A stretch of 60,776 bases of DNA, counting the filler, from Hausera hauseri (taxonomy: Eukaryota): assembly GCA_046269625.1 (NCBI GenBank). It is 11 parts of 11 records of this genome, joined end to end, with 100 filler letters (N's around TTAATTAATTAA, not from the genome) between each part and the next. Parts side by side here need not be neighbours in the genome. Positions count along the whole stretch, not along the records: positions 1 to 4,013 come from JBJURY010820308.1; positions 4,114 to 10,119 come from JBJURY010154755.1; positions 10,220 to 15,590 come from JBJURY010268730.1; 8 more parts are not named here. One strand, written 5' to 3'. Below the pieces are notes generated by a model. It saw nothing but the letters and a program-made list of their open reading frames with translations, did no database searches and was not told the DNA's origin. Of the stretch, positions 1 through 12,065 are shown one piece after another; the first letter of the stretch is position 1, and each line of letters begins with the position of its first letter. The position numbers and the translations under genes are program-made.

Positions 1-5
1 CTTAC

Positions 6-3000
6 CAAATTCTGTGGTGTATTTGAAATAGCCGGATTCGACTCGTTCACAGACGATTCGTCTAATCGATAATTTTTTGTGTTATCATTGTTGACTGAAG
101 GAGTACTTTCGTTTTTCAATTTGTCGTTCGATCCACTTAAATCCGAAATTTTTAGATTCTCTTTTCCTTCTTCAAAATCGTTGAAATTGTTCGGATAATC
201 GTCAATTTCCATTGTAACTTCTTCCTCTACTTCAGTAAAATTATTTTGCCATAAGGAAATACCATTTGCGGGTAATTCGTTTTTTGTCGTTCTCAAATCA
301 AAATTTTTCCTTTCCAATTCGTACTGAATATTCGATAGTTTACTTTGCAGATCGGAGACCGAGGAAAACTCCCTCGTCATATCTTCATGACGAATTTCTA
401 AATTACGTAAACTGTCTTTTAAAGCTTCCAAATCCCGTTCTTTTTCTGTCAACGAATTTTCCAATGTTTTAATTTTATAAACTGCTTCTTCGTACATTTC
501 GTTTTTATTTGTTAAGCATTGTTCGTAATCTTCCAATTCCTTTTTTGACTGGCTTGCTAATTCATGATAACGACTTTCCATGATTGTAATTTTTTCCTGG
601 AGATCTTTCAATTCAACATTTCTCTGAGCCATTGTTTCTTCCAGAAGAGCACATCTACTCACTGTTCCTTCTAACAATTCAGTTTTCTCCAACAACCGTT
701 TCTCTAATTCATCATTTCCTTGCTTCAGACTCAGCATTTCATTTTCCTTTGGTGCATTTGCCAGTCTGTCTGTAACTTCTGATATTTCATTAACAATGTT
801 ATCGTATTTTGAAGACAGCTCGTCGAATTCAATTTGCAAATTATTCATTTTAAGTTCCGATAATTTCAGTTTTTCCAATGCATTTGACTTTTGGGCGTCC
901 AAATCTTGAATTTGTTGTTTCGATAAACAAATTTCGTCATTTAGTTTCGTAATCGATTCAATATACTTATTCTGTTTACTTTCTAATTCTTTTGACAACG
1001 TCCTCCAATCTTCAATTTCGTTCGTTAAACTTTCTACCATAACTTTACAACAATTATGATCCTTTTGAAATTCTTTGAAATTCTCTGATGTTTCTGTCAA
1101 CTTCTCTTCCAAAACTCGAACACTTTCCTTCAGATTTTTAATCTCTTCATTTCTCGAAGAATTCTCTTCCAATGCCAACGCCAATTCATTATTTTTTATA
1201 CATTGATCCTGTTTCATTTTTTCAAGTTCAAGTACGGCAGTATCATAAGAAACTGATATCTCTTTCAGATCCTTTTTGAACAATGCAATGCTTTCAACTA
1301 ACGTCTCTTTCTCCGTTGTGAGATTTTCAATTTGTACCAATTGTTCTTCGAATAATTTCCTCTGTTCGGCAAAATTTGATATTTCGTCATCAAGAATTTT
1401 TATTTTCGAATAACAGCAGTCAAGCTCGTTTTGTAATTTCTTTACTTGTTCCGAAGAATTCCACAGTTCTTCTTCAACGGTCTGCAGTTCGTTTTTAGTG
1501 AAAGTTAATTCATTCGTAAACTTAGATCGTTCTTCAATCAATTCATTTTTCAGTTGCTGCAAATTAACATGATAATTATCAATTTCAATTCCGAGTACAT
1601 CATTTCTTTCTCTTAATTTGTCTAATTCGATATTTAGCAAATCGTTACATTCCCGTGACTGAATTAAATCGATACCTGCAACGTCAAGTTCTTTAATAAG
1701 ATGGCCGATTTTTTCTTCTTTTGATGATAACTTCAATTTCAAATTTTCAACGGTAAATTGCAGCAATTCAAATCCACTCAATTCGACGATTTGTTCGTTT
1801 AATTTTGTATTCGCTGATTTCAACTCATTTACGTAACCGGTCAATTCTTGTACTTCATCATTTGCAATTTCTAGATACCTGCGTAAACTTTTAACTTTTT
1901 TTTCGAGTATCCGCCAATTCGTCTTCCAAAGATTTATTCAAATCGCCAAGAAGATCCAGTTCTTTCTCGAAATTCTCCCGTTCGGTATTCATTGCATTTT
2001 GAATTACAATAATTTCCTTTTCTCTTGATTCCATTTCGTTTCTTACAGTTTCACATTCACCCTTCAATCCATTGACTTCAATATTTAACAAATTGTTCAA
2101 CTCAGTCAATTCCGTGGATTCTGCTTTGTATTTATTCAATTCCATCGTGAGAGAAACAATATTTCTCTCCTGATTCTGCAATTTTACATTTGCTTCTTCC
2201 AAATTAGACTTGAATGACTCTTCTTGTTTTTTGGTTTCATTCTGCAACTCAAAATTACGTTCATTCAAATGACATATTTCAACTCTAAATGATTCTGATT
2301 CCATTTGGGATTTAATGTCATATTGGGAGATTTTGTCATTTAAATTCGTGATAGTGTCCTGGTATTTTTCAGATAGTTTTCTTTCTTCATTTATTTGAAC
2401 TCGAAGTTGAACCACTTCCAAATTTGCAGACTGAAGATCATCTCGCAAAACTTTCGTGCTACTTTCATTTGTGCTTAATAACCGTTCAAGTTTGGCAATT
2501 TTTTCATCCTTCACCAAAACTATGTTCGAAAATTCTTCCATTTTCATCTGTAGACTGGAAAGTTCTTGTTTGTAATTTTCCAGATCCAATAACATCTGTG
2601 ACTTCTCAATTGTCAGTAAGTTCACTTTTTCGTCCAATTCCTCGTCCTTTGAGTTGAAACAATAATCTTCTAACTTCTCAAAATCAGCAGTTGGGTCAAG
2701 ATCGATGTTATAAGAATAATTGTTTCGAATTTTGTTCAAAAGAAGTTGACCAAAATTCGAAGTTACATGGCTGTGAAATTGTATAAACTCATTGGACGAA
2801 TTGAAACCCAGAGCAAGTGAATTTGACAATATGTTGAAGGCGGAATCTACAAGCTGGTTAATTTTATCACTATTATCCCAACACAGATTATCAATTTGTG
2901 TTTTAATGTCGTTAAATATTGATGATGGGTCGGGTAAAGATAAACTACTGTTCGTATCGGGTAACTTGCGTTTTTTAACAACTGAGTTATTAGCACCAAT

Positions 3001-4013
3001 AACAACTGCACTATCTTCTTTTAACAACGACTCAGATTTAAACTGATCCAAATCCAAAATCGAATTATCCAATGATCTTTCATCAGATTTGATCAATATT
3101 TGCTCATCTTTTGAATGAACTGAACAATGATTTATATTCCTTTTCTTTCGCGAGTAACTTTCAGATAATAAAGAATTCGCAAGAGAAAGCTCTTCGACTA
3201 GATCATTTAAACGATGTTTTTCGTTTTTTAAACCATCAACATCCGAAAACAAACTTACATTCAACTTCATAGAATCAAAAATTTCCAGGGATAAATCTGA
3301 CACATCAGATTTAGCATCGCGCAATAACTGGTAAATTTGAATTCGGTTTTCAATAGTCATTTTCAGCAATATCTCAATGGTTTCCACACATTCGACATCA
3401 GCACTTGTCTTTTTACTAGCAGACGGACTGAAACATTCGGTATCTAGTAAAGTTGTACCGTGAAGTAATTCCAACAAATTCCAACATGAAATAATAAAAA
3501 TTGATTGACTTAAAAAGTCATTAAAATTTTCAATAACAAAAACATATAGTACCTTAAATCTTCCATGCCATCTCGTATCGTTTTCAAAGTATATTTCAAT
3601 TAATCTAAACATTATGGCACGTGCTGAGTAATAATAATAACATTCATGTTGAATAAAATTTGAGACATACTTTTTTAAAACGCACAATTCTCTAATAATA
3701 TGAGCGTACATACCTTCATTTTTTGAGAAAACCCCTTCACAAATTTCACCGTTTTTAAATTTCTTTATATGTAATTTTACAATTTCATTTTTCTTATAAA
3801 TTCTTTCGCTTCTTGTACAAAGACTTAATTCGGATACACGGAAAACGATGTCTTCAACAATACGTTTAAATTTTTCATAAAGTATAACAAATATCAATTT
3901 TGATTTCGGATGACTTATGCTGGCTAATTTCGTCATTCCATTTTGACACAATTGAGAATTATGAGAACACTCTTCTGAACCTTCTGTTTCGTTTAAGTAT
4001 TTCGTACTGGGCA
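6..4013 (-). CDS. Large exon of a host coiled-coil protein, split by one apparent homopolymer frameshift at ~1896-1903
   Basis: ORF 1891-3951 is open up to the gap and is E/K/L/N heptad-rich. Removing one A from the A8 run (CGA AAA AAA A GTT) continues as RKKVKSLRRYLEIANDEVQEL..., in the same frame as ...NTPQNL followed by a GTAAG donor at 5-1 (downstream frame spot-checked, not fully translated). Confidence 0.7.
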
Positions 4014-4113
4014 NNNNNNNNNNNNNNNNNNNNNNNNNNNNNNNNNNNNNNNNNNNNTTAATTAATTAANNNNNNNNNNNNNNNNNNNNNNNNNNNNNNN
4101 NNNNNNNNNNNNN
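4014..4113. other. Artificial contig spacer N44-TTAATTAATTAA-N44 (same at 10120-10219, 15591-15690, 23168-23267, 30418-30517, 34699-34798, 40254-40353, 44363-44462, 48696-48795, 53905-54004)
   Basis: Identical 100-nt spacer with a six-frame stop cassette occurs ten times; sequence type changes abruptly across each. Confidence 0.98.
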
Positions 4114-5200
4114 CACTGACGGTAATGGAAAGGAATCTTTTATCATAAGATTATTTAAGGCTCTGTAGTCAATACAAAATCGATGTTTTGCGGTGCATTT
4201 CTTCTTAACCATAAGGATTGGTGAATATCATGATCTGTAGCTAGACCTAATTATATCGGCCTTGAGCATTCGTTCGACTTTCTTCATTATCTCGGGGCTT
4301 AGTGAATGTGGTGAAGGGTACCATTTTGGCATTTTCTGGTCTTCCAAGTCTATTTCTTCGTTCGAGCCAGGCTTTTTCTTAAGCGGAATAGTCAGTTTTA
4401 CTTCTTTCGCTCTACCGATATCTTCTTCGTCCTTAGCAATAATCGATTTGTAGCGGCATAATAATTCGTAAAATCAACAATAGGATTCGAAGGAGAACTT
4501 AGTTTCGACATAAGGTGGAAACTCGGCATATTTGTAAGGCTTTTCTTCAATAGTTAACGACGACACTCTATACGTATCTCCTAGAGTCGTGTAAGCATGA
4601 AGCTTGACGGGAGTCTGTGCATTGTTAGCTATTCTGATCGGCACTTGACCGCAGTGAACTCTTGTCAGTATGTTACTAAGTGTTATATTCGGATTTAATG
4701 TCTCCCTTGGTTCGAAATATACCGGTTGATCGTCATCTTGCTGAATTTGTGCGTAAATTATCATTTCTGTTCTCGGTGGAATATCTTCGTCTACGGTCAT
4801 CCATACCTCTTTAAATTTTCTATCCTTAGCGTTTTTCACGCCTTTATTGGGCCTAATTTCTATTAACTTCCCTGTCTGTAAGTCAATTGCTATGTTTGAT
4901 AATCTTTTCAGTAGATTACATCCTAGAACTATATCGTCAGTTAATTGTTCCATAACTGCAAATTCGTGATGGAAAAACTGTCCAACTATTTGAACTTCTG
5001 GGTTCCATTTGAACATCGGTTTCGACATTTGGCCAAAAGCTCCCGTACTTCCTGGATATTTTGTGGATGGTGGGTATAACTGTCCCCTTAGCGATTTAGG
5101 TATAGAATCGTTCTTAATGTAAGATATTTCGGATCCTGTATCGATTAGGGAATAAACTTCCCAATCTTCGATAATGATTTTGTCAAAGAGTCTTCCTTCT
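4114..5200 (-). pseudogene. pol: pol 5' part of copy A: aspartic protease, dUTPase-like spacer, start of Gypsy RT
   Basis: EDWEVYSLIDTGSEISYI...DIVLGCNLL (protease); IPPRTEMIIYAQ...VPIRIANNAQTPVKL..YTTLG (dUTPase-like spacer of some Gypsy pols); [31 protein letters not shown] (RT). Confidence 0.9.
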
Positions 5201-5869
5201 ATTATTCTTCCGAAACAGTTTGTTGCTACTTTTGGACGTTTAGTTGCTGATATCTTATGTCTATTGATTCAGATTTCAGGGAAGGATACTATATTCTCCG
5301 ACAGTTGTCTTAGTTCTTCGTTCGGATATAACTCGTTGTTTTCTAAGTGTAATTCTTCCATTTCATGTGTACTAATTAATGGTTCTCGATTGCTAGTGTG
5401 TAGTTCAGTATTCTGGAAGGTTTTTAACTTTGGGTTGTCTAAAACCGTTGATCTAGTTTCTATATTCTGAGGTTTTCTCGGAGAATACAACATCTTGGGA
5501 CCGTCCGTTGACTGTCGGTAACACATTTTCCGTAGGATCCCGTAGCGTTTCGTTCCTTCATAAGGGTCTTCTACATTAATTGTTCTTTTATAGATTTCCG
5601 TCTGATATGAGCTCATTGATCGTTTGTCACAGTCTTCATAAACCGGAGCGGTAGGAGGTAGCATAGGCAACGGTGCCTTAACGACAGAGTACGCCTTATG
5701 TCTGTTAATTCCTGAAAGTACTTCTCCTCCTTAGGCTCTTCATCATCTGAATTATTTTTTCGTATGTTCGGTTTTATAAATTTCCGCTTTCGCAAGAATA
5801 TAGGCCTTCCTCTTCGTTTACGATTATAATAACTGTCATGGCGTTTTACGTCCGATTTCCATCTACTTT

Positions 5870-7757
5870 CTTCGTATGCCTTAAAGAATTTTCCAAAAGG
5901 CCTTATTATTGCAGTCAGTATTTTACATAAAAACCTAGTCAATGTAAATATTTCATACCCATTAATTACTGCTTGGATGACTGCTTTAATCATCTGTATT
6001 TGAAAATATATCGCTAAAAATCCTGATGCAGCTTGTCCGAAGATTAAAAATCATCACAAAATTTTGTATAGTATTTTTGTTGTTACTTGCTGATAATGGT
6101 TTACGCCGAGTAGGGATTCCCATTTAGCCTGATATCGTGTATCGCCTACTACTGAGGCCATGGCTCGGTTTAATTCATATGTTCGATGTCTCGGAAAAGC
6201 GAGGAACTGTCTGAAAGCTTTCAATTTCCTTAGGTCTGTATATTCCTTTTGACGAAGTGTCTTGAAATTTATCATCTGTAATTCCTTTCGCAAGATTTGT
6301 TCTTGCTAATTTATTTGGGGCGGCAGTAATGCCTCCATTTGGCAAACTAACCCAGTCTGTTTCACTACGCCTAAACATGGACTCTCCTAAGCTCGCCTTA
6401 CAATCTCTAAGGATGGTTGGCTGGGTCGCGTTGTCCAGTAACACTCTTGTCAACGGTGTAGCTAACCTGTGAGTATTTTGATAAATGACAGGAAGTTCCT
6501 GAATGTAGCGTTTTTCTTCTACGTTAATGGGTACATCTCTCTTTTCGCATTCATAGGTTAGCAGTACTTTACCTGTGACCCGATCGAAAATCCACTCTCT
6601 CATAGGTATTATTGGGGAAGCCAATTCTGGGTTTGCATATATAAGAGCCATTTTAGTCCTCATGATTTCAGTATCTAATTTGAAGTCATTCATTATCATT
6701 GTGTTATATAATTCCGTTATTCCGACTTGTTCTTTGTAATAGAAGTAATTGTCTCTATTTTTCAGATAGTCCTCCATTCGGACATCCTGAATTTTTAGTT
6801 TGTAAGTTTTTGCATTTATTTCTGTTTCTTCCACGAAAAATGCCTCGTAGTTAGGGGCAAACATCACTACATCACAACGAGAGATCATCTCTTTTTTAAT
6901 AAAGTTCAGTCCATGTTTATCTGAGATTAATATAGTAAGTGTAGGATGTTCCGATATATCCTCGCGCATCCTTGAGTTGGTATCCGATTTATCCACATAT
7001 TTCTTTCCGGTAGTTTGATTAAATTTCAGTTCCTTAACTTTGATAAAATTACACCTTCTTCCAGAAGGTAGTTCCCAGATTATAACAGAACTTCTAAAAG
7101 CACAAGTTCCATCTTGTAAATAACACTTCTGATTCTCAGTGTATAACTTAGTGACATTGTGGAACATTACTTTTTGTGATCGCATCTCTGATTCGTAGAA
7201 ATCCGCGAATACCATATTTGATAGTAATCCTTTTCCGGTGTCATATTCTGCTCCGTAACTATGTCCACTATGCATATCTAACCTTCCGGCCACTACCTTC
7301 TATGCTCTAATAATTTTTCCCGGTTGCATTTCTAATTCTATACTATCCCATTGTACTCTCCCGGTCTCCTTGGCATGTTTACAGTGCTGGCGTTCTAAGT
7401 TCATAGGAATTAGAGGAATTTTCGGCTTGATTATGAAGAATGTCCATGTACTAATCCACAGTGGAAAATGCTACGTGATCGCCTCAGCATGCATTCCATT
7501 ACATCTAACGATATCAGTTCTTGTTGTTGGTGCAAGAAATAATTTTTCTCTCTTGTTTCCAACTTGTGTGGCCTAGCATCTTTGCACACTTCTAGATCTA
7601 TCAGGGAATATCTCTGCCCTAGTTTAAACTTATCGCAGTGGTAGACGGTAAGAGCGCTTATGTGTTTTATTAGCATCATCAAGTTGAGTAGACTGATTAC
7701 CAAATTTGATTCATTTTTCCAATAATCAACATCCGCTGTTGTTAAGTTACATAACAT
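5870..7757 (-). pseudogene. env: Chuvirus-like (class III/gB-type) envelope glycoprotein of copy A, frameshifted
   Basis: Signal-like LVISLLNLMMLIKHISA, then LTVYHCD...YSLIDLEVC, ECMLRRSRSIFHCG, TPLTRVL, KGIY..KEIESF/RQFLAFP, and TM region FLIFGQAASGFLAIYF..MIKAVIQAVING. Spread over ORFs 7431-7757, 6175-7293, 6054-6293 and 5613-5993. Confidence 0.8.
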
Positions 7758-7794
7758 ATCGTATATTTTATTCCCGGTCCTTCTGTCTTCTTCC

Positions 7795-8180
7795 TTGTCA
7801 AACAGTCTTGACCAATTTACTTTTCAGGCCAATCTTCTTGCTGCTTTTTGTGCCAAGCTTATGGCTCTATTGATTTCATTCTCTCGATTAGGGTTTATTT
7901 TGATAGCTAAGTAGAGTAATAATTTTCTCAATTCATCATTGGTGTTTTCTACCATGATCTTTTCGATTATCGATTCATCGGTTAAGTTACTTTTTGACAG
8001 TTTAAAACGTGAACTTCTTATCATTCTGGCTGCATCGAATATTACCTTTTCTTCATCATCTAGTACATCACCTCGAAGGCTCGAATAATTTACAATTCGT
8101 ATTAAATTCTTCACTAACTCACTTAATTTCTCATTGTTTGTATTGAGAGTCGCAATCGTCATTTGCCTCAGTTCTCTAAT
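7795..8180 (-). pseudogene. Helical Bcl-2-like domain of copy A (divergent)
   Basis: DESIIEKIM..DELRKLLLYLAIKI..NRENEINRAISLA..RRLA*KVNWSRLFD aligns with the Bcl-2-like region of copy B (…IKRIGGWDRLFD). Confidence 0.45.
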
Positions 8181-8424
8181 CAATTCTCCATTATAGTCCA
8201 CTTTTTCTCGCGTTTTCTTAGGCTTACCAACTGGGCCTGTCGGACTTTGGCCCCTAGCGGTTAGTTCACTCAGTGGTACTAAATTCATATCGTATTGTTC
8301 CTTGCCTTCATCCGTTTGTAAATATTCGAAATACATTGCAGTATCTAAAACTCCCATAATCTGTCCCACGCACTGTTTTGACTTTACCTTACGTGTGGCT
8401 TCCTCTTTTGTTTGCTGGTTAGCT

Positions 8425-8635
8425 ACTGTTGCTACTATTCGATTTGTTTCGTCGGGAATAATCCCGACATCTATTAATTGTTCTAGGTCGCCGAGTATTC
8501 TACCTTTAAGTAAAATCTATAGTTTTGCTCATTTGTTCCGCCATTGTTTAATAACCACTCTCTTACGTCTTTTACAGAGGACTATGTAGTTAACTCGCAT
8601 TCTTTTTCGTCCATCCACTAAGATGATATCATTAT
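8425..8635 (-). pseudogene. Ubiquitin-like domain of copy A (frameshifted; absent from ORF track)
   Basis: Joined translation DIILVDGRKRMRVNYI/SSVKDVREWLLNNGGTNEQNYR/ILLKGRILGDLEQLIDVGIIPDETNRIVATV parallels ubiquitin [32 protein letters not shown]...LHLV. The last part is in frame with ORF 7824-8369. Confidence 0.65.
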
Positions 8636-8639
8636 TTTC

Positions 8640-10110
8640 ATGGCTACCTCTGGTTTAGCCTTTAAAAAATTAGCGTATTTCCTATTCAAAAGTTTCGGCA
8701 CCGTGCTATAAATCGTATTCTCATTTGATAATTTAGTTAATGTTGGAATGAGTTGTCTTAAATTACTTTCAGTAATGTTTACGTTAATTAGTTCAATTAA
8801 CTCTTTTTCAGATAGCGCTTAATCCAGAAGCATATCCATATCGAATGTCCTGTCCTGCGGACATGTCTCTATCTCGTTCAGTTGCACTGGAGCCACGGGT
8901 TTCTCGTCAAGCATTGCGTCGAATTACGCATCCCATTCGGGTTCATTTCCAGCATCTGGAAGTCTGTAGTCCACTAAGGCTGTATTCGTTCTTTGCACAT
9001 TTTCACGGATTTCTTTCAATCTAGGTTGTATTTCCTTCATCTGTGTAGTTCGGAAACCTACTCCGTTTCCACAGGCATACTGAATCACTTTTAGTAATTC
9101 ACCTAATTCATTAGAATTAATCAGCCCCTTTTGGCGATAATCTGTTAGTTTAATAATTACCTCTCTTTGCAATCTTTGTACGAATTCTCGTTTGTTTTTG
9201 ATTTCTGACTCGGTAAAAGCATATTTGTTTCGGTAGGTTTCGAGTTCCTTTGCTAGTTCATCTGCTCTTTGTTTCGTTCTGATGCACGTTTCTTCTACTT
9301 GCTGTAATTTTGGCATCAATTGCCTTATCTTCTCTTCATTAATTTCCGCCATTTCTACGAAATAAGTAGGCTAACTCATACATTTCATTAATGACTTTTG
9401 AGTCGGGATTCATCGCATCCAACAATTTCTTCACGAACTTAGATTCTTTCACACTAAGATGTTGGTCGTTTCGTATCTTTATCAACTCAGTATGCAAATT
9501 CTGATCTGATCCGGCCATCCATTTTTGTGGCTTATGCAAAAAATTTTTCGTGTCCGTTAAAACGGCTCGGTGTTCCGGGAAAATGTCTAGGGTTTCGATA
9601 TCTTGACCAGAGATCTCATTGATAGGTTTATCTGTTAGATGTTGAATTTCTTCTAGTCGAACATTTCTCAATCTTGGGTAAAAATTGGAAGTCATATTTC
9701 GCTTCTCTGCAAAATTCGTCTTTTTGACCATTTTATAGATCTCTTCCAGTATCGTCGCTTCTTGCTTTTTCTTCATAAAATTAAATCGTCGCATTGCCTT
9801 GAATCTCGTTCGGATATCTATTTCTGCTAGTATCGTATCTAAATTACGTGAGCTTTCTTCTAACTGTTTCTTTACAAAAGGCTCGCTTTCTGGAAATTCC
9901 TTCTTACGATTCTCCACTAATTTACTTAGTTGCATCACTAATTCGGACCATTCCGACAATTGGTTGGCGATTATTGGCTTTGCCATTATAGCCTTATCTA
10001 ATATCTTATAAGCATCTTTTAACTCATTATCTGGTTCTTTTATGAAATCCATAATCCGGCTGACGTAGTTAAACTCATCCTTATATTCATCAAATTCTAT
10101 GATGCAAGTT
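8640..10110 (-). pseudogene. Helical/coiled-coil accessory region of copy A upstream of Ubl
   Basis: ORFs 9339-10052 and 8924-9352 plus in-frame continuation past TAA stops to ~8640. Charged, helical composition; same strand as the element. Confidence 0.55.
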
Positions 10111-10219
10111 TTTATTATGNNNNNNNNNNNNNNNNNNNNNNNNNNNNNNNNNNNNNNNNNNNNTTAATTAATTAANNNNNNNNNNNNNNNNNNNNNNNNN
10201 NNNNNNNNNNNNNNNNNNN

Positions 10220-10470
10220 AACCAACTAGATAATTAGGTAACTAACCAACTAGATAATTAGGTAACTAACCAACTAGATAATTAGGTAACTAACCATCTA
10301 GATAATTAGGTAACTAACCAACTAGATAATTAGGTAACTAACGAACGAACCAACCAACTAACTATAACAAACTAATTAACCAACCATGACTAACTAACCA
10401 ACCAACCAACCAGCCAGCCAGCCAATCAAGCAACGCACGAACCAACAAACCAACCAACCGACCAACCAAC
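10220..10470. repeat. 24-bp minisatellite (AACCAACTAGATAATTAGGTAACT) x5 grading into (AACC/AACT)n
   Basis: Direct inspection. Confidence 0.95.
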
Positions 10471-11079
10471 TAATTACAATTAATCCGGGACTCATTTGAC
10501 AGAGAGCGTTATAAATTCTAATTATGGGTTACATTGGTCTGGTGTATCAATTTTTTCCACGACAGCAACTGGACATCTTTTAAAAAACTAATTTGGAAAT
10601 ACGAAATGTAATACGCCACTGACCTTTACACTTTACATAATGTGTGAATTGGCTAGTCTTATGGTGCACACGGTTATTATGATGTAGCTTTGTTGAATAA
10701 AATACACACTGAACGCTGCTGCTGAAAACGACTGCTTTGAGTAAGTGTGGATGCTTTCTCATTCAATTGAGACGCAATTCAATATGTTCCTCGTAGCGAC
10801 CGCGCAATGGAGACATCACGCAATCCGGAGTAACAATGACATTTTCGAACAAATTATTGAACTACTGTAACAACGTCAGACAAAGTATTTTACCTGATGA
10901 GGAAACGAGCCTGACAGTATGCGGACAAATATGGCGCCAGGGAATTAAAAACTTCATTGGTAATTTTATTTGTATGGTATTGCATATATTCTTCCACTGT
11001 CTTCTTGACATAATTAAATGAGTTCGCGTTATCTTCATCATTCCTTACTATATTATCTTTCACTTTTCTTATCCCTGCG

Positions 11080-11345
11080 ACCCCTTTGTGGATCATGGGT
11101 CGTCTACAAGAGCTCTCCAACCTTTTCTCTTCTGGGCCTTTCTTTCTATCTGATTCCAGATATAGCCAAACTTTTTTGTATCTGCCTCGAAGTTTCTGTG
11201 CCAGGTATTTCGTGGTCTTCCTGCTTCCCTGGGGATTCAAGGTCAGTGCCTATCTATTACAATTTATAGGGGGTTTTCGCAGCGTATGTCCTATCCATAT
11301 CCAGCGTCTTCTTACACTATCTTCGTCAACTGGGTATTTTACTAT
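11080..11345 (-). mobile_element. RTE-type LINE 3' fragment
   Basis: VRRRWIWIGHTLRKPP....ALTLNPQGSRK matches the post-RT WIGHTLRK..ALTWNPQGKR motif of RTE-clade LINEs. Confidence 0.75.
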
Positions 11346-11399
11346 AGTATCTTACCTTTAAAAATGTTTATCTTGTCCAAAGACACCCTACGCAGTGGA

Positions 11400-11745
11400 A
11401 TGAATGAACGAATGAATGAATGAATAAATGAAATCTTTATTTAGCCAGGGTTGAAAAATTGGCAGTGTTGCCTTTTTACATTTCTGCCTTGAGGGTAGAT
11501 TTTTCCTAGAATTTAGTCCTGATAGCGGCCATTAGGCCTTCTCTTTTTCAATGTCCAACTGCCAAGGGATTTTTAACGTGCCCGACAAAGTACACGGACG
11601 CCCGATTTTATTACCCAGAGATCAAGGGAATTTATTACTAGAAGATCTAGAAGAGTAAATTTGAACCCCTTACCTTGGTATCTGGATCTCTACGCCGTGA
11701 AGAGAAAGTAGTTCCAAGTTACATAGTATAATATGTAGCTTAGCA
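11400..11745 (-). mobile_element. Possible tRNA-derived SINE (Nin-domain-like core) with (GAAT)n tail
   Basis: Box-B-like GGGTTCAAAT on the minus strand (~11659-11668), core GGGATTTTTAACGTGC..CACGG, and TGAA repeats at 11400-11430. Confidence 0.35.
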
Positions 11746-11849
11746 AGCTAGGCTGGCTCTGTCTTTTGTTATCAAACTATTTCATATACTGGGGTGCTAC
11801 TGGCTTATGGCAGTTTAAGCGTTGCCACAGTATGATGCTTTCATCAGCA

Positions 11850-12065
11850 ATAATAATAATAGCAATCATCATCATCAGGTGCCATGCTGCGAAGCATAGG
11901 CCGTCAAGGATCGCCATTTCTCTGAATTCCTGGTGCCCCCAATCATCTGTGCTTACTTCCGAGCCATTCTTGCAAACCATCCAGATACTTCATTCTTTGT
12001 CGTCCACTACTTCATTTTCCTGGTATTTTGCCTGTGGTAACCAAATTCTCCAGAACTTCTCTTCT
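11850..12065 (-). mobile_element. RTE-type LINE 3' end with (GAT)n tail
   Basis: LENLVTTGKIPGK*SSGRQRMKYLDGLQEWLG; shares near-identical sequence with 13160-13295. Confidence 0.75.

Larger units (their letters stand above)
4114..10119 (-). mobile_element. Decayed Ty3/Gypsy-type retroelement, copy A: helical ORFs - Ubl - Bcl-2-like - class III glycoprotein - protease - RT start
   Basis: Colinear minus-strand fragments with stops and frameshifts. Protease LIDTGSEISYI at ~5120-5150. RT start [10 protein letters not shown]...[21 protein letters not shown] at 4114-4230. Homologous along its length to 23890-28100. Confidence 0.9.

Noticed and set aside
10220-10345. CRISPR-like array
   Set aside because: Head-to-tail repeats without unique spacers, in eukaryotic context.
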